Assembly: GCA_030390025.1 (NCBI GenBank)
Contig: CM059435.1
Span: forward strand, 49,600,001-49,664,000
Source: Squalus acanthias
Taxonomy: Eukaryota
DNA: 64,000 nt
Direction: 5' to 3'
Shown one piece after another: positions 22,291 through 35,200 of the stretch (position 1 is its first letter; the number at the start of each line of letters is the position of its first letter). A program made the translations under genes and the position numbers. The notes below the pieces were generated by a model that did not search any database, was not told the origin of the DNA, and worked only from the letters and a program-made list of their open reading frames with translations.

Positions 22291-23994
22291 AGTCTCTTTG
22301 CAAGCAAAGTTATGAAGGACAGCAACCAAAGTACCAGCGAAGTTAGGATCAGTAGGCAAAACTACCTCACAAAGCGTTGACTCAATGCAGAAGTCTCTCT
22401 TTCTCTCTCTCCGAATCTCTCTCTCTCTCTCTCAGAACGAGTGGTGCAAAAATGTCAACCACAGAAAAAGACAGGAAGAGGCCCCCTTTAAATAGCGACC
22501 CCCCAGCCCCACAGCGATTGATAGCGTTCCAGTCTTCCGGTCGTTGGATGCGCCAGGCGGTTAGGCAGGGGGCGCCACTCAATTTCCGCTCCGGGGCGCC
22601 ACAAGGGCGTTGCACCATGGAATGACGTCACAATCTGCGCGCGCAGGTGGTCGCGGCGGTAAAGTTTAGCGCCGCCGCACAATGTCTAGTTAAGTTCCCG
22701 AGCGGCGCAAACATCGCTGCGCCCGGGCGCTAGCGGCTTTGCGCCCCATTAGCGCCCTCTTAAGGCGCTAACGGGAGGCGCAACCAACTGAATTTTCCCC
22801 CCTATATTTCCACAGAGAATGCTTTATTCCTTGCAATTACTATACAGTTTGATACAGTACTTATTTAGATTTGAGTCATTATTGCAGGCCTGTTTGTCTT
22901 TGAGCATTTCTTTATTAAGGTCCAATGTATGTTAATAGAGTTCAACTATGAATGTTTTTAATCCAAGGAAATTTGTAAACAGTTTGATACTTCACTTTTT
23001 CTTTTCTGTGTCATTGATGCAGGCCTGCGTGTCCTTGGCTGTCTCTTTATTAAGGTTCAAAGTGCACTAATTGAGTTCTACGTAGAATGAACCATATCTT
23101 ACAAAGTATGGATGCAGTTTATTCTGTTATTGGCCGATAAGTCCGTTTTTTGGAGAAGGGTCTGGATCTCGTTATTTATGTATCCTGCTTGAAAGCTTTC
23201 TTTTTGTGCCTCGTTGTTCATTGAAGCCAGTTTGTGCTCTGTTATTTGTTGTATTAAATTCAGGATTGTCACTTTAATTCCCTGGTCTGTTACTCTATGA
23301 GATCACAGCCTGGTCTGTTCAGCTGGTTCAGACTTATTCTCTCAGCCACTGAAAGTTGACATAGCCTTTTGCGGGGGGTGGGTGGGTGGGGGGGCTGATG
23401 TATTGCGCTGTGCTTGGGTGGACATTGCCTTTCGACAATCTTCAGACTGTCTGCGAGCAAGGGAGAAGGTGGCAAGCTGTGTACTGATGATGGAGGCAAT
23501 CAGTGGCTGAACACCTCTGCTAAGTGCTGCAGCTCAAATCGATGACTCTTCTGAATGGGAATCACCCCTTAGCTCCAGGGCCCTGCAGCTCAGGATCTTC
23601 TGGTTCCATGGGCTCCTCGGCAGGAACATCCAGGCTGATCCCTTCCCATAACGCAAAATTGTGCAGAATGCAGCAGGCCACAGTTATCTTTGCCACCTTT
23701 TCTGCAAGACACCTCTGGCCTGTTCAGGCACCTGAACCGGCCTCTCGAAGGTCTTCTCAACCACCTGCCTGGTTGCCACACACGCGCGATTGTAATGCTC
23801 CTCTGCTGCATCATGCGTCACTTGGTACAACGTCAGTAGCCATGGAATTGGGGGTTAGTCCTTGTCCCCCAGTACCCAACCGTCAATTTACCTACCCTCA
23901 ATGAGTAACTGTGCAATGAACAGCGGAGGATAAAGGCCTGTTGCGTGTCGACTTGCAGTATGCGTTGCTGGGCATCACACGTAAGGGAGTAGAA

Positions 23995-24523
23995 GCCTTC
24001 CCTATCTCTGTAACCTCGTCCAGCCCTACAACCCTCTGAGATCTCTGCGCTCCTCCAATTCTGGCCTCTTGCGTATCCCCGATTTTAATCGCTCCACCAT
24101 TGGTGGTCGTGCCTTCAGCTGCCTAGGCCCTAAGCTCTGGAATTCCCTCCTTAAACCTCTCCGCCTCTCTACCACTCTCTCCTCCTTTAAGACGCTCTTT
24201 AAAACCTACCTCTTTGACCAAGCTTTTGGTCACCCATCCTAATATTTCCTTATGTGGCTCGGTGCCAATTTTTGTTTGATAATCGCACCTGTGAAACAAC
24301 TTGGGACCTATGTTCCCTGTAATATTTTTTTGGCCTTGTGTGGCCCCTTTAAGGGGCTCGGGCTATTCAAAATACCGCGCATGCGCGGTTTTTACATTGA
24401 AATGCTGGTAAGCCGGCTGCGTTGGGTTCCCTGGAGCAGTGCGTGGCCAGGCACTTTATAGGAAACACTGCTTGGGGTGTTTTACTACGTTAAAGGTGTG
24501 ATACAAATGTAAGTTGTTGTTGT
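23995..24523 (+). mobile_element. L2 LINE 3' end
   Basis: CTCTGGAATTCCCTCC..AAAACCTACCTCTTTGACCAAGC..AAGTTGTTGTTG tail, shared with 59140-59690 and 61110-61430. Confidence 0.8.
24308..24470. mobile_element. hAT-type MITE (163 bp) within the L2 tail
   Basis: TIRs CTATGTTCCCTGTAA / TTATAGGAAACACTG; imperfect 8-bp TSD CTTGGGAC / CTTGGGGT. Confidence 0.7.
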
Positions 24524-26452
24524 ATGTCACATGGGCCCAACTTGGTGCATTCAGCATCACGTGGGTCCCATCGATTGTGCCCTGCACCCTGGGGAGGGGA
24601 TGAATTCTGGTGCCCTGCGGCAAAGGGCATCTGTCACCTACCAAATTCAGGCCCTTGCTACTCCCTGCTGATGTTGCGTAGAACCCCCTGTGACTGACTG
24701 GAAGGATCCGGAGCTGTGAAATGTTCAGGGCCTTGGTGACCTTCACCTTGACAGATAACGTCTTGCAGGAAGTAGAATGCATCTTGAGGTCATTTCGGTG
24801 AATTTCACATAGATAGCCGATGGCTTCCATTGTGAAGCACAGTCTCTGGATGCACAGCTCCTTCAATAGGTCCTGATATGACATGTGCCGCCTGTATACT
24901 TGCTGGGGTAAAGGGTTATAGCGAGTGGGATACTGTCACCTGGCATTGTGACTCACTCTCAGGGCTTCCTGCCTCTGCTCCTCCTCTTCCATGATGATGC
25001 TGAACAGGGTTATGCCTATTGGGAAGGCCATTGCAGCTGCTTGATCCTTCCGGAAAACATGCGGAGGGGGGGGGCCAGTGGTCCTAAAAATCTCTCATTC
25101 AGAGACTGACAGCACTTTGATCATGTTTAGTGCAAGTCTCTACTGCTGGTCTCTGTGACAAAAACAAAAAATTGCTGTAAATCTTCAGACATGAAGCTGC
25201 AAAGTTTGAGGCTTCTTCCAAGACTGAGACTGTTCAATTACACCAATATCAGGTGACTCAGGTCCTGAAGGCTGCGCCTAAATTTGGGGTGTAAAGCTAC
25301 ACCAGCGCATTATTAGCGTAAATGTAAGAAACCTGGGTGAGCTGGTCTTTTGCATGGGGCGTGCGGAGGTATATCGTGAGGGTTTTGCTGAACATATCAC
25401 AGGAGCAATGCAAACAATCCAGGAAATTTACATGTAGCAATGTTTCAGCGTCGCACCAGTTTAAATCCGGTATGCACAAATTTCCTCAGAAAAATAAACA
25501 GTGCAATGCCACTCTTACACCATAGTTACGACAAAACTTTCCAGGAAATTCCAGGCCCAGGTATTGCAGTTCTACCTATTCAGGTGTTGCAGTGACAACA
25601 ACTCCAAGCATTCTCATTCTAATGAAGTGTAATGCAATACTAACCTATCTAAAGTTATGCAGGTCTAACTAAGGGTAATACAACTCTAACCACTCCAGGT
25701 ATTGCAGTTCCATTCACTCCAGGTTATGTGTTCTTACTACTGGCAATGCAGTTCTTACTGTACCAAATATTGCACTTCCAGTTGCAGTGTTGGGGAGCAA
25801 GAGGCCGCTGAAGGAAGTGTCAGGGGTATAGAAATGTACACGACTGCAAGTCAGATATTCTGGCGCATCTGGCAGCTCCCAGTGTGTCGGAGGTTTCATA
25901 GCCCACCACACCTCCAAAATCCATCCTTCACATTTCTCTGCAGGCACTTACCCACCAAACCCACCAATGTACAAAGCTGGAAAAAGCTGAATAACAGCTT
26001 CAAAAAACAGTTGGTAACTCAAAGGACAAGGTGAATAACAGCTCTGAATACAGGCCCATGACTAAGGCCACTGCTTCAATGCAAGCGGCAAAGTTACCTT
26101 TCTTTTTAGCGCATTGGATTTCAGGATTTCTATTTATGTTTTGCGACCGCATCTGCAATTCAATTTGTTGACCAGCCTCTAGTTCCCTGGGTTATCGCGT
26201 TGCCCGTTTTTATAGTCATACTCCTTTCTATCTAATCGGCAGCCACAGCTCCAGGCTTCCCTAAAAATGCCCAAGCCAGTGCATTATGTCAAGCTGTCGA
26301 AGAGAGGGGCTCTGAACTGTTTGCCCCCATTGTATTGAAACCTTTGAACATGGAGGTTGAGCTCTATTCAAAAGAATGAGGAAAATCACACCTCTGTATT
26401 CTTAGCCCCACCAAGACTCGGCCTTACTTCCTTGTGCAGTTTAGAAATTACT

Positions 26453-26565
26453 GGGGTGAAATTGGTCAACATCATTTTACACCGCCCCAACTTTCTTTTC
26501 CATTGAAATCATTAATGATTCACCATCAGCCTGAATTGCGCTACTCACGTTGACCAATTTTACCC
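26453..26565. mobile_element. Short Harbinger-type MITE
   Basis: TIRs GGGTGAAATTGGTCAAC / GTTGACCAATTTTACCC; TSD not clear. Confidence 0.65.
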
Positions 26566-28279
26566 TTACCATGTTCAGTGTAACTTATAATAATCTTTGT
26601 TCAACCATCTCTGTATTGGGATTTTGGCATTTTCCCAGTATTGTGTGTGTGTGGAGGGGGGAGCCCTCCTTTGCTTGGGTGGAATGGAAAGCCCTTCCGC
26701 CAATTGTACTGGGGAGATACTGTATCAAGGGCTGGAGTAGAAGCCTGTACTGTAATGGAGAAAGTGGCTGAAAGCTCTCCCTGTATTCAGCGGGTACTGT
26801 ATTGAGGGAGAGGGCGGAGCAGTGACAGCCAATTTTCCTGTAATTGTAAGTGGTGGAGGGGTGTACAAGGATGGCAGCACTCCCTATATTAAGAGGAGGT
26901 GACTAGTAGAATCCCTCCCTGTGGAGGCTGGGTGCAGGGGTGGCAGCTCTCCCCACATTGGGGCAGAGGGATACCAGCCATACCTCAGCTTACCACAGGT
27001 GTTGATTTAGGCCCTCATACTGCTGTCAGGCTGAAGAGTCAGTGAAAGCAAAGCACTTCATATTGATAGTGACATTTTCAAGGAAAGATACACGATAGAC
27101 AGAGGAATAGGAAAGATTAATCCTGAGCTAAAGATACAATACAGCTCAAGGACACTGGCTATGAACTGGGGCAAAGGGAGGTTGAAACTAATAAATAGAT
27201 TAGCATAGTTTTCAGGAAGCATGTTATACCAAAGAATGATCAACACCTGGGATGGTCTTTTGGGTGGGGTCATAGAATCAGGCAGTTAGACCACATGATG
27301 GGGGCTTTTTGCTGGTTTCTTTCAAAGAAAGGAAGATGTGTCACTTTGACTCCCTGATCTGTATTTATTTTAAGTAGACCTGCTTCATTAATAACTCATT
27401 CAAACTGACTTCATACCAATTCGAATTTAGATTACCAACCATTTCATGCAACCGAACTTATCAACAAAGGGTGACCAAATTCATCAGCCCATTGGTATCA
27501 GCTGCTGTGGTCACAGCTGCCCTCATGTGGCCAAGCAATGTGTAGCAGTTTGATGTGCATAAATCTCAGTTCTACTTGTGATACTAGAAATTAATACTTT
27601 TTTCATGCAAGCTATTATCATTCAAGGTCCTAACCAAATTCCTTGGGGAATCTAAGGCCACAACACAAATGACCTGGTTACAACATTAATTGGGCACTTC
27701 AGCGGTGAGTGGCGTGGAGCATTGAAGAGTCACACACAGGCATTTTCCAAGTTGCTAATCTGAATTTAGGGTTAAGACACATTATGGAAAACCCATGTTA
27801 GGGGGCCTCAAACTCCATCTGCTCCATCCTCTCCCTACCCTCAAGCTGGTAGGTACCATATCACTGCAAAGACACAAGTACCATTAATCAGCGTATCTTT
27901 CACTTTGAAAATATGAGAGCAAACCTAAAATTAATAAAGGCCTCCCTCCAACAGCCAGTCCGTGACAGAATGTAGCCATCATTTTTGAAGCCACATACAG
28001 GGAGGTGTTGTTTCCTAGATGTCAAAGAAAATCACACATTGATTTGCAAGTATAATGTCAATATGCTGCTGCATTGAATTACAAGGAAAGGATTAATTTG
28101 CATTCAAATTGTGTTCTTTATGTGGAAACTCAGCATTGGCAGCTGAGGCCAGGGATAAAATTGATGATAGATCAAAGCTTCATTGTAACTTCCACTCTCG
28201 TCCCTCCCTATCCCCAACAACTGCTTCTGCTGAAGGCACCGACTCTTACAGTTATGGTCAATCTATGCAATTCCTATAC

Positions 28280-28410
28280 ATGAGGGAGAAAGGAATAGAA
28301 GGATATGCTGATAGGGTGTGAAGAGGCTCGTATGGAGCATAAACACTGGCATAGACCAGTTGGGCCGAATGGCCTGTTCCTGTGCTGTAAATTCGATGTA
28401 ATTCTGTGTA
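28280..28410 (+). mobile_element. CR1-type 3' tail fragment
   Basis: GGGCCGAATGGCCTGTTCCTGTGCTGTAAATTC tail. Confidence 0.7.
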
Positions 28411-28472
28411 ATCACTGGTACCAGCAGCCCTTCTGTATCGCAAATCTCCTTTCATCGCAGGTGAGCAACAAT

Positions 28473-29233
28473 GGCCCATAATTTGCAGTCAGCGGCGAAG
28501 TAAAGGCGTTCGCCGCGGGCCCCGAAGTAAGCATCCCACAAAGATCTGGCGATCTCTGTGCCGAGAAGTTCGGCTTTTCCGACGTTCAGTTGAGATCAGT
28601 GTAAGTTAATGGGGAATCCCTAACGCGAGCTGCTGTGATGTCAACAAGTTGTCTAAGCAGCCAATCACAATGCAGAATTCTCACAGACCGGGAACCAGAA
28701 AGTGAATAAGCTCTTTTTATTCTAAATGTTTAAAAATGTTATAGAGAGCAAAACAAAGATTGGGGCTCTCACATGGGGATAAGGTAAACCTGAAATAAAG
28801 ATGAACAAACGTTTAAAAAAAAATTAAAAAGAACAATTTCTTATAAATTGTAATTTTTATTAAAATGGATAAATTTGACACTCCCCAAAATTAAAATTAG
28901 TTTTTCAGGGCCATAATATTTGTTTAGCAGTCAATACACTGTTAAAATTCCAGTTACACCTAATCCAACAAGGTCTAACTTTTAATGGGGTATTTAAAAG
29001 CCGAAGTTTTCATCAGTTTCACTGATTTCCCTGATTACTCTGATTGCCGGCTATTGGGGGGGCGGAGGGGCACAGCGCAGCCAGTGTCGGAGCATTGAAT
29101 GACTGACCGCAACTTCAGGATTTCTGCGATAAGATGCGCATGCGCTAAATCTTGAAGTTGCGGTCAGTTTCGAAGAGGTAATAACAATGAACGCTGTTTG
29201 TTCGCTGTTATTTCCCACCGCAAATTCCGGGCC
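28473..29233. mobile_element. Harbinger-type MITE
   Basis: TIRs GGCCCATAATTTGC / GCAAATTCCGGGCC; AAT TSD; AT-rich core. Confidence 0.85.
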
Positions 29234-29725
29234 AATGTTTTTCCAAGCTATTATCCTAAACACAGGTTAACAGATGTCACCAGAAAGCAATCAGAGCTGG
29301 AGCCCTACCTGATCCCTCCCCTCTTCACTTCCCTAACCCTGGCGTGCTGAAGCGACATCAAACACCCCAGCTCCCAGAGGAGTGTTCAGCTCTGAGATCA
29401 GACTCAAGACCTTCTTAGTGTACGTGGCACAATGCCACACTAGGTGATGCTATCAGGGCAGCAGTGCTGCCACAGTTCTCCTTCCCACACCAATCACGAT
29501 GTTGTTGTGAAAAAGGGCCTACAATGCCCAGAAGGACTGGGTCAAGCCTAGCCCAAACTTATCCTTTGTAGGACTTTTTAAAAGCAAGACAGTACAGACA
29601 TTGATCAGAAAGCAAAATGCTGTTGTAATTCTGAAAGCAAGTTATTGCATTATCTGCTATGATTATGTGGACAATCACATTGTCTTTGCCTGCAAAGAAG
29701 TAGCAAAATAAATGACCAAATTGTG

Positions 29726-30980
29726 TCTGATTCAGAGAGAGCCAACCTGGATTTGTAAAGGGTAGGTCATGTCTAAACTATTGAATTTTTGAGGAAGTAA
29801 CTAAAGTAGTGGACAGGGGAATGTCTATGGATGTAGTTTATATGGACTTCCAGAAGGCATTCGATAAGGTTCCGCATAAGAGACTGTTAGCTAAATTTAA
29901 AGCTCATGGAATTGAAGGCAAATTATTGACCTGGTCGGGAGATTGGTTAGGCGGTAGAAGGCAGAGAAGTAGGGATAATGGGCATGTACTCAAATTGGAA
30001 GGAAGTGACTAGTGGTGTCCCACAAGGATCTGTGCTGGGGCCTCAACTATTCACTATATTTATTAATGACTTAGATAACACAATAGAGAGCCACATATCC
30101 AAGTTTGCCAATGACACAAAGATTGGTGCGATAGCAAGTAGTGTAGACGGAAGCATAAAATTACAAAGAGACATTGATAGATTAAGTGAGTGGGCAAAAC
30201 TGTGGCAGATGGATTTCAATGCAGGTAAGTGCGAGGCCATCCATTTTGGACCAAAAAAAGGATAGAGTATTTTTTAAATGGTGAAAAGCTAGGAACAGTG
30301 GCAGTTTGAAGAGCTTTAGGGGTCCATGTACACAGATCCCTAAAATGTAGTGATCAGATATAAAAAATAATCAAACAGGCTAATGAAGTGTTAACCTTTA
30401 TATCTAGAGGGCTAGAATATAAATGGGAGGAAGTTTTGCTACAGCTATACAAAGCCCTGGTTAGACCACATCTGGAGCACTGTGTACAGTTCTGGGCACC
30501 GCATCATGGAAAGGAGATATTGGCCTTGGAAGGAGTGTAGCGCAGATTCACCAGATGTTACCGGGGCTCCAAGGGTTAAATTATGAAGAGAGATTACATA
30601 AACTAGGCTTGTATTCCCTAGAATCTAGGCATTTGATTGAGGTTTTCAGGATTTTGAAAGGAATTGATAGGGTAGGTAGAGAGAAACTTTTTCCGCTGGT
30701 GGAAGTGTCTAGGACAAGGGGATATAACCGTAAAATCAGAGCCTGGCCATTCAGGACAGAAGTTATGAAACACTTCATAACACTTCTTCATGCAAAGGGT
30801 AGTAGAAGTGTTGAACTCTCTCCCACACTAAGCTGTAGATGCTAGCTCAATTCATAATTTTAAATCTGAGATTGATAGATTTTTGCTAACCAAGGTTATT
30901 AAGCGATTATGGAGCCAAGGTGGGTGGATGGAGTTAGGATACAGATCAGCCGTGATCTCACTGAATGGCGGAACAGCTTG
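29726..30980 (+). mobile_element. 5'-truncated CR1 LINE
   Basis: DVVYMDFQKAFDKVPH, SGVPQGSVLGP, KFANDTK and a 3' tail. Confidence 0.92.
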
Positions 30981-31849
30981 TGTCCGATTCAGTCCTTCAT
31001 ATCCTTGAGTTGAGCTGAGATAAATGGTACTTCATTCAATGGATAGCTATAGCCAAATTGGGTACCAAAATAAAACCCTCAATACAAATGTAAATCCTGA
31101 TTAATTTCTCTAACATAAACACACATGGTCCAAAAAAATCAATAATGAAATCCTACAATAATATGGCATGGTAAATGCAGGAGCAGCAGGATAGTCAGTA
31201 CCAGTACACTGTCAGTTACACTCAGTGAATAAACTAGAATACTGGTAGTGGCGAATCTGCAGAAAAAGTTTTTTTCCTCATCCACTCTGTCTGTCTCTCT
31301 CCTCCCCCACTACTGTTTTGCTCTTGCTCTCCTCTTTCACACTGTCTAAGTCACTTTCATCTCTCTCTTCTCTGCTTTTGTTTCTCACCTCTGTCAATTT
31401 CACTTATCTCTCCTCCATCGCTTTTGTCTTTCTCCTTCACTTGCTGTTCTCTCTCCTCTCCTTTCTTGTCCCTTTCTCCTTTTTGACCCTGCAACAGTTT
31501 TCTTTCTCCTCTGCTTCCAGGAACGCTGAGGTATTCGTGTGGGGAATCTGTGAGGGTAGGTGAGCCAGACAGAGTCCTTCAATCAGCCAGGTAGCAGAGA
31601 ATGAGTCAAGGAGTGGGATAATGAAATACGAATTGACAAATCGGCTTCTGTTAGATATTGGGCACACGTGAGGTGGGTGCGAGGAATGATTTCGTGGCCT
31701 GGCACACTAGGGCATTCTCTCCAGAGGGCAGCAGTGCACCATGACTGGCAGGAGGTGGTGGTAAGCCTCAGTGCTGTATAGACTGGCCCACAAGTTGCGT
31801 TAGATGGCATAGCTACGGAGTACGCCACCGACCTAGGAAAAGAATATGA

Positions 31850-32005
31850 ACTTACCTTGTGCGAGGCCCACAACAGAGACTTGCTCTTCTGCGCTGCGGA
31901 GTTGTGCGCAGCGTATCACATCACGTAGGCCAGGAGTGCAGCGTACAGCCTTTGCGTAAGGGAAGGCACGCCCACAAAAGCTGTCCAAACTAAGCCACAC
32001 CCACA
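31850..32005 (-). promoter_or_regulatory. Candidate promoter and first exon of a leftward transcript
   Basis: Non-repeat, CpG-enriched stretch with GGGCGTG and GGGTGTGG boxes upstream of a consensus AAG|GTAAGT donor (31850-31858, minus strand). Confidence 0.3.
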
Positions 32006-32220
32006 AAAACTTCTTTCAGTCTCTTCCACTGAAATTACATTTTAAAAACTTTTTAAAAATTTCAAAAACATTTAAAAACATGTATTTCATTATGAAGTGA
32101 TACCAGAATGGTTAACAATCCTTTCAGATGCACTCAAATGGGTTCCAATGTTTTCCTGCAAGGGCAACTAACACATTCGACCATTTAATAAGTAGGTTTT
32201 AAGAGGACACTGAATGATCT

Positions 32221-35200
32221 TAGAAACATAGAAAAATAGGAGCAGGAGTAGGCCATTCGGCCCTTCGAGCCTGCTCCGCCATTCAATATGATCATGGCTG
32301 ATCCTCTATCTCAATACCATATTCCCGCTCTCTCCCCATACCCCTTGATACCTTTTGTGTCTAGAAATCTATCTAACTCCTTCTTAAATATATTCATTGA
32401 CTTGGCCTCCACAGCCTTCTGTGGTAGAGAATTCCACAGGTTCGCCACCCTCTGAGAGAAGAAATTTCACCTCATCTCAGTCCTAAATGTCCTACCCCAT
32501 ATCCTGAGGCTGTGACCCCTCGTTCTAGACCTCCCAGCAAGGGGAAACATCCTCCCTGCATCCAGTCTGTTTAGCCCTGTCAGAATTTTAAACGTTTCAA
32601 TGAGATCCCCTCTCATTCTTCTAAACTCTAGTGAATACAAGGCCTAGTCGACCCAATCTCTCCTCATACGACAGTCCTGCCATCCCAGGAATCAGTCTGG
32701 TGAACCTTCGCTGCACTCCCTCTATGGCAAGTATATCCTTTCTTAGGGAAGGAGACCAAAACTTGCACACAGTACTCCAGGTGTGGTCTCACCAAGGCCC
32801 TGTACAACTGTAGTAAGACATCCTTGCTCCTGTACTCAAATCCTCTTGCAATGAAGGCCAACATACCATTTGCCTTCCTAACTGCATGTTTGCTTTCAGT
32901 GACTGGTGTACAAGGACACCCAGGTCCCTTTGTACATCAGCATTTCCCAATCTAGCACCATTTAAATAATGCTCTGCCTTTCTGTTTTTCCTACCGAAGT
33001 GGATAACTTCACATTTACCCATGTTATACTGCATCTGCCACGTATTTGCCCACTCACTCAACTTGTCTAAATCGCCTTGAAGCCTCTTTGCATCCTCCTC
33101 ACAACTCACAATCCCACCTAGTTTCGTGTCGTCAGCAAACTTGGAAATATTACATTTGGTTTCCTCCTCCAAATCATTGATATATATTGTGAATAGCTGG
33201 GGCCCAAGCACTGATCCCTGCGGTACCCCACTAGTCACCGCAAGCCACCCCAAAAAAGATCCATTTATTCCTACTATCTGTTTCCTGTCTGTTAACCAAT
33301 TTTCAATCCATGCCAGTATATCACCCCCAATCCCTTGTGCTTTAATTTTGCACACTAACCTCTTAAGTGGGACTTTATCAAAGGCCTTCTAAAAATCCAA
33401 ATATATCACATCCTCTGGTTCTCCCTGATCTATTCTATCAGTTACATCCTCAAAAAACTCCAGTAGGTTTGTCAAACACAATTTCCCTTTCATAAATCCA
33501 TGTTCACTTTGTCCAATCCCGTTGATATTTTCTAAGTGTCCTGTTATCACATCCTTTATTATAGACTCTAGCATTTTCCGGTCTGTAGTTACCTGTTTTC
33601 TCACTCCCTCCTTTTTAAATAGTGGGGTTACATTTGCCACCCTCCAATCTGTAGGAACTGTTCCATAATCTATAGAATTTTGGAAGATAACAACCAATGC
33701 ATCCACTATTTCCATGGCTACCTCTTTTAGTACTCTGGGATGCAGATTATCAGGCCCTGAGGATTTATCAGCTTTCAGTCCGATTAATTGCTCCAGCACT
33801 ATTTTTTTACTAATACTAATTTCCTTTAACTCCTCCTTCTCACTAGACCCTTGGTTCCCTAGCATTTCTGGGAAGTTATTTGTGTCCTCTTCCGTGAAGA
33901 CAGAACCAAAGTATTTGTTTAATTGCTCAGCCATTTCCTTGTTCCCCATTATAAATTCTCCCATTTCTGACTGTAAGGGACCTACATTTGTCTTCACTAA
34001 TCTTTTTCTTTTTACGTACTTGTAGAAGCTTTTACAATCCGCTTTTATGTTCCTTGCAAGTTTACTCTCATACTCTATTTTTCCCCTCTTAATCAATCTC
34101 TTGGTCCTTTTTTGCTGAACTCTATACTGCTCCCAATCCTCAGGCTTGCTACTTTTTCTGGCAACTTTATATGACTCCTCTTTGGATCTAATACTATCTT
34201 TAATTTCTTTTGTTAGCCATGGTTGGGCTGCTTTTCCTTTTGTGTTTTTGCACCAGAAAGAAATGTATAACTGTTGCAATTCATGCATTTGTTCCTTAAA
34301 TGTTAGCCATTGCCTATCCACCATCATGCCTTTTAATGAAGCTCCCCAATCTATCATAGCCAACTCACTCCTCATACCTTCGTAGTTTCCTTTGTTTAGA
34401 TTTAGGACCCTAGTTTCGGATTGGACATCATCACTTTCCATTTTGATGAAGAATTCTATCATGTTATGGTCACTCTTCCCTAAAGGACCCTGCACAACAA
34501 GATTATTAATTAACCCCTTCTCATTGCACAATACCCAATCTAGGATAGCCTGTTCCCTAGTTGGCTCCTCAATGCACTGGTCTAAAAAACCATCTCGTAC
34601 ACACTCCAGGAATTCATCCTCCACAGTATTATTGCTAATTTGGTTTGGCCAGTCTAAATATAGATTAAAGTCACCCATGATTACTGTAGTACCCTTGTTA
34701 CATGCATCTCTAATTTCCTGTTTGATGCCATTCCCTACATTACCACTACTGTTTGGAGGCCTATAGCCAACTCACACCAATGTTTTCTGCCCCTTGGTGC
34801 TTCTTAGCTCCACCCAGACTGATTCTACATCTTGATTTTCTGAGCCAATATCCTTTCTCACTATTGCTCTGATTTCATCCTTTACTAACAAGGCCACCCC
34901 ACCTCCTTTTGCTTTTCGCCTGTCCTTCCTAAATATCGAATATCCTTGGATATTCAGCTCCCATCCTTGGTCACCCTGCAGCCATGTCTCCGTAATCGCA
35001 ATTATATTGTATCCATTTACATCTATTTGTGCTGTTATATCGTCTACCTTATTACGAATGCTTCGTGCATTCAGATACCGATGCCTTTAGATTTGTCTTT
35101 TTATCATTTTTAGAGATCTTAACATTTTTTGTATTATGGCCCTATTTGTCTTATTACCATTTTTTCTTACCCAGACCCTATTTGTTCGTGCACTCCTTTG

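Larger units (their letters stand above)
18639..22802 (-). mobile_element. Full-length Harbinger transposon (copy C, 4164 bp)
   Basis: TIRs GGGGGAAAAATT / AATTTTCCCCCC; TAT TSD (18636-18638, 22803-22805); convergent Myb/SANT (+) and transposase (-) genes. Confidence 0.93.
23780..25558 (-). mobile_element. Old Harbinger remnant (copy D), interrupted by an L2 tail
   Basis: ORF 24456-24884 contains LCIQRLCF, VKVKVT and VQGTIDGTHV. A WVLGDK-like segment lies at about 23860-23881. TIR-like GAAATTCCAGGCCC ends at 25558. Left boundary uncertain. Confidence 0.65.

Noticed and set aside
27400-28260. Ancient RT remnant (FLDV codons at about 28012)
   Set aside because: One short motif with no further colinear matches that I could verify.
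31280-31520. Hydrophobic and charged ORFs 31318-31563 and 31400-31582
   Set aside because: Produced by a CT-rich low-complexity tract.
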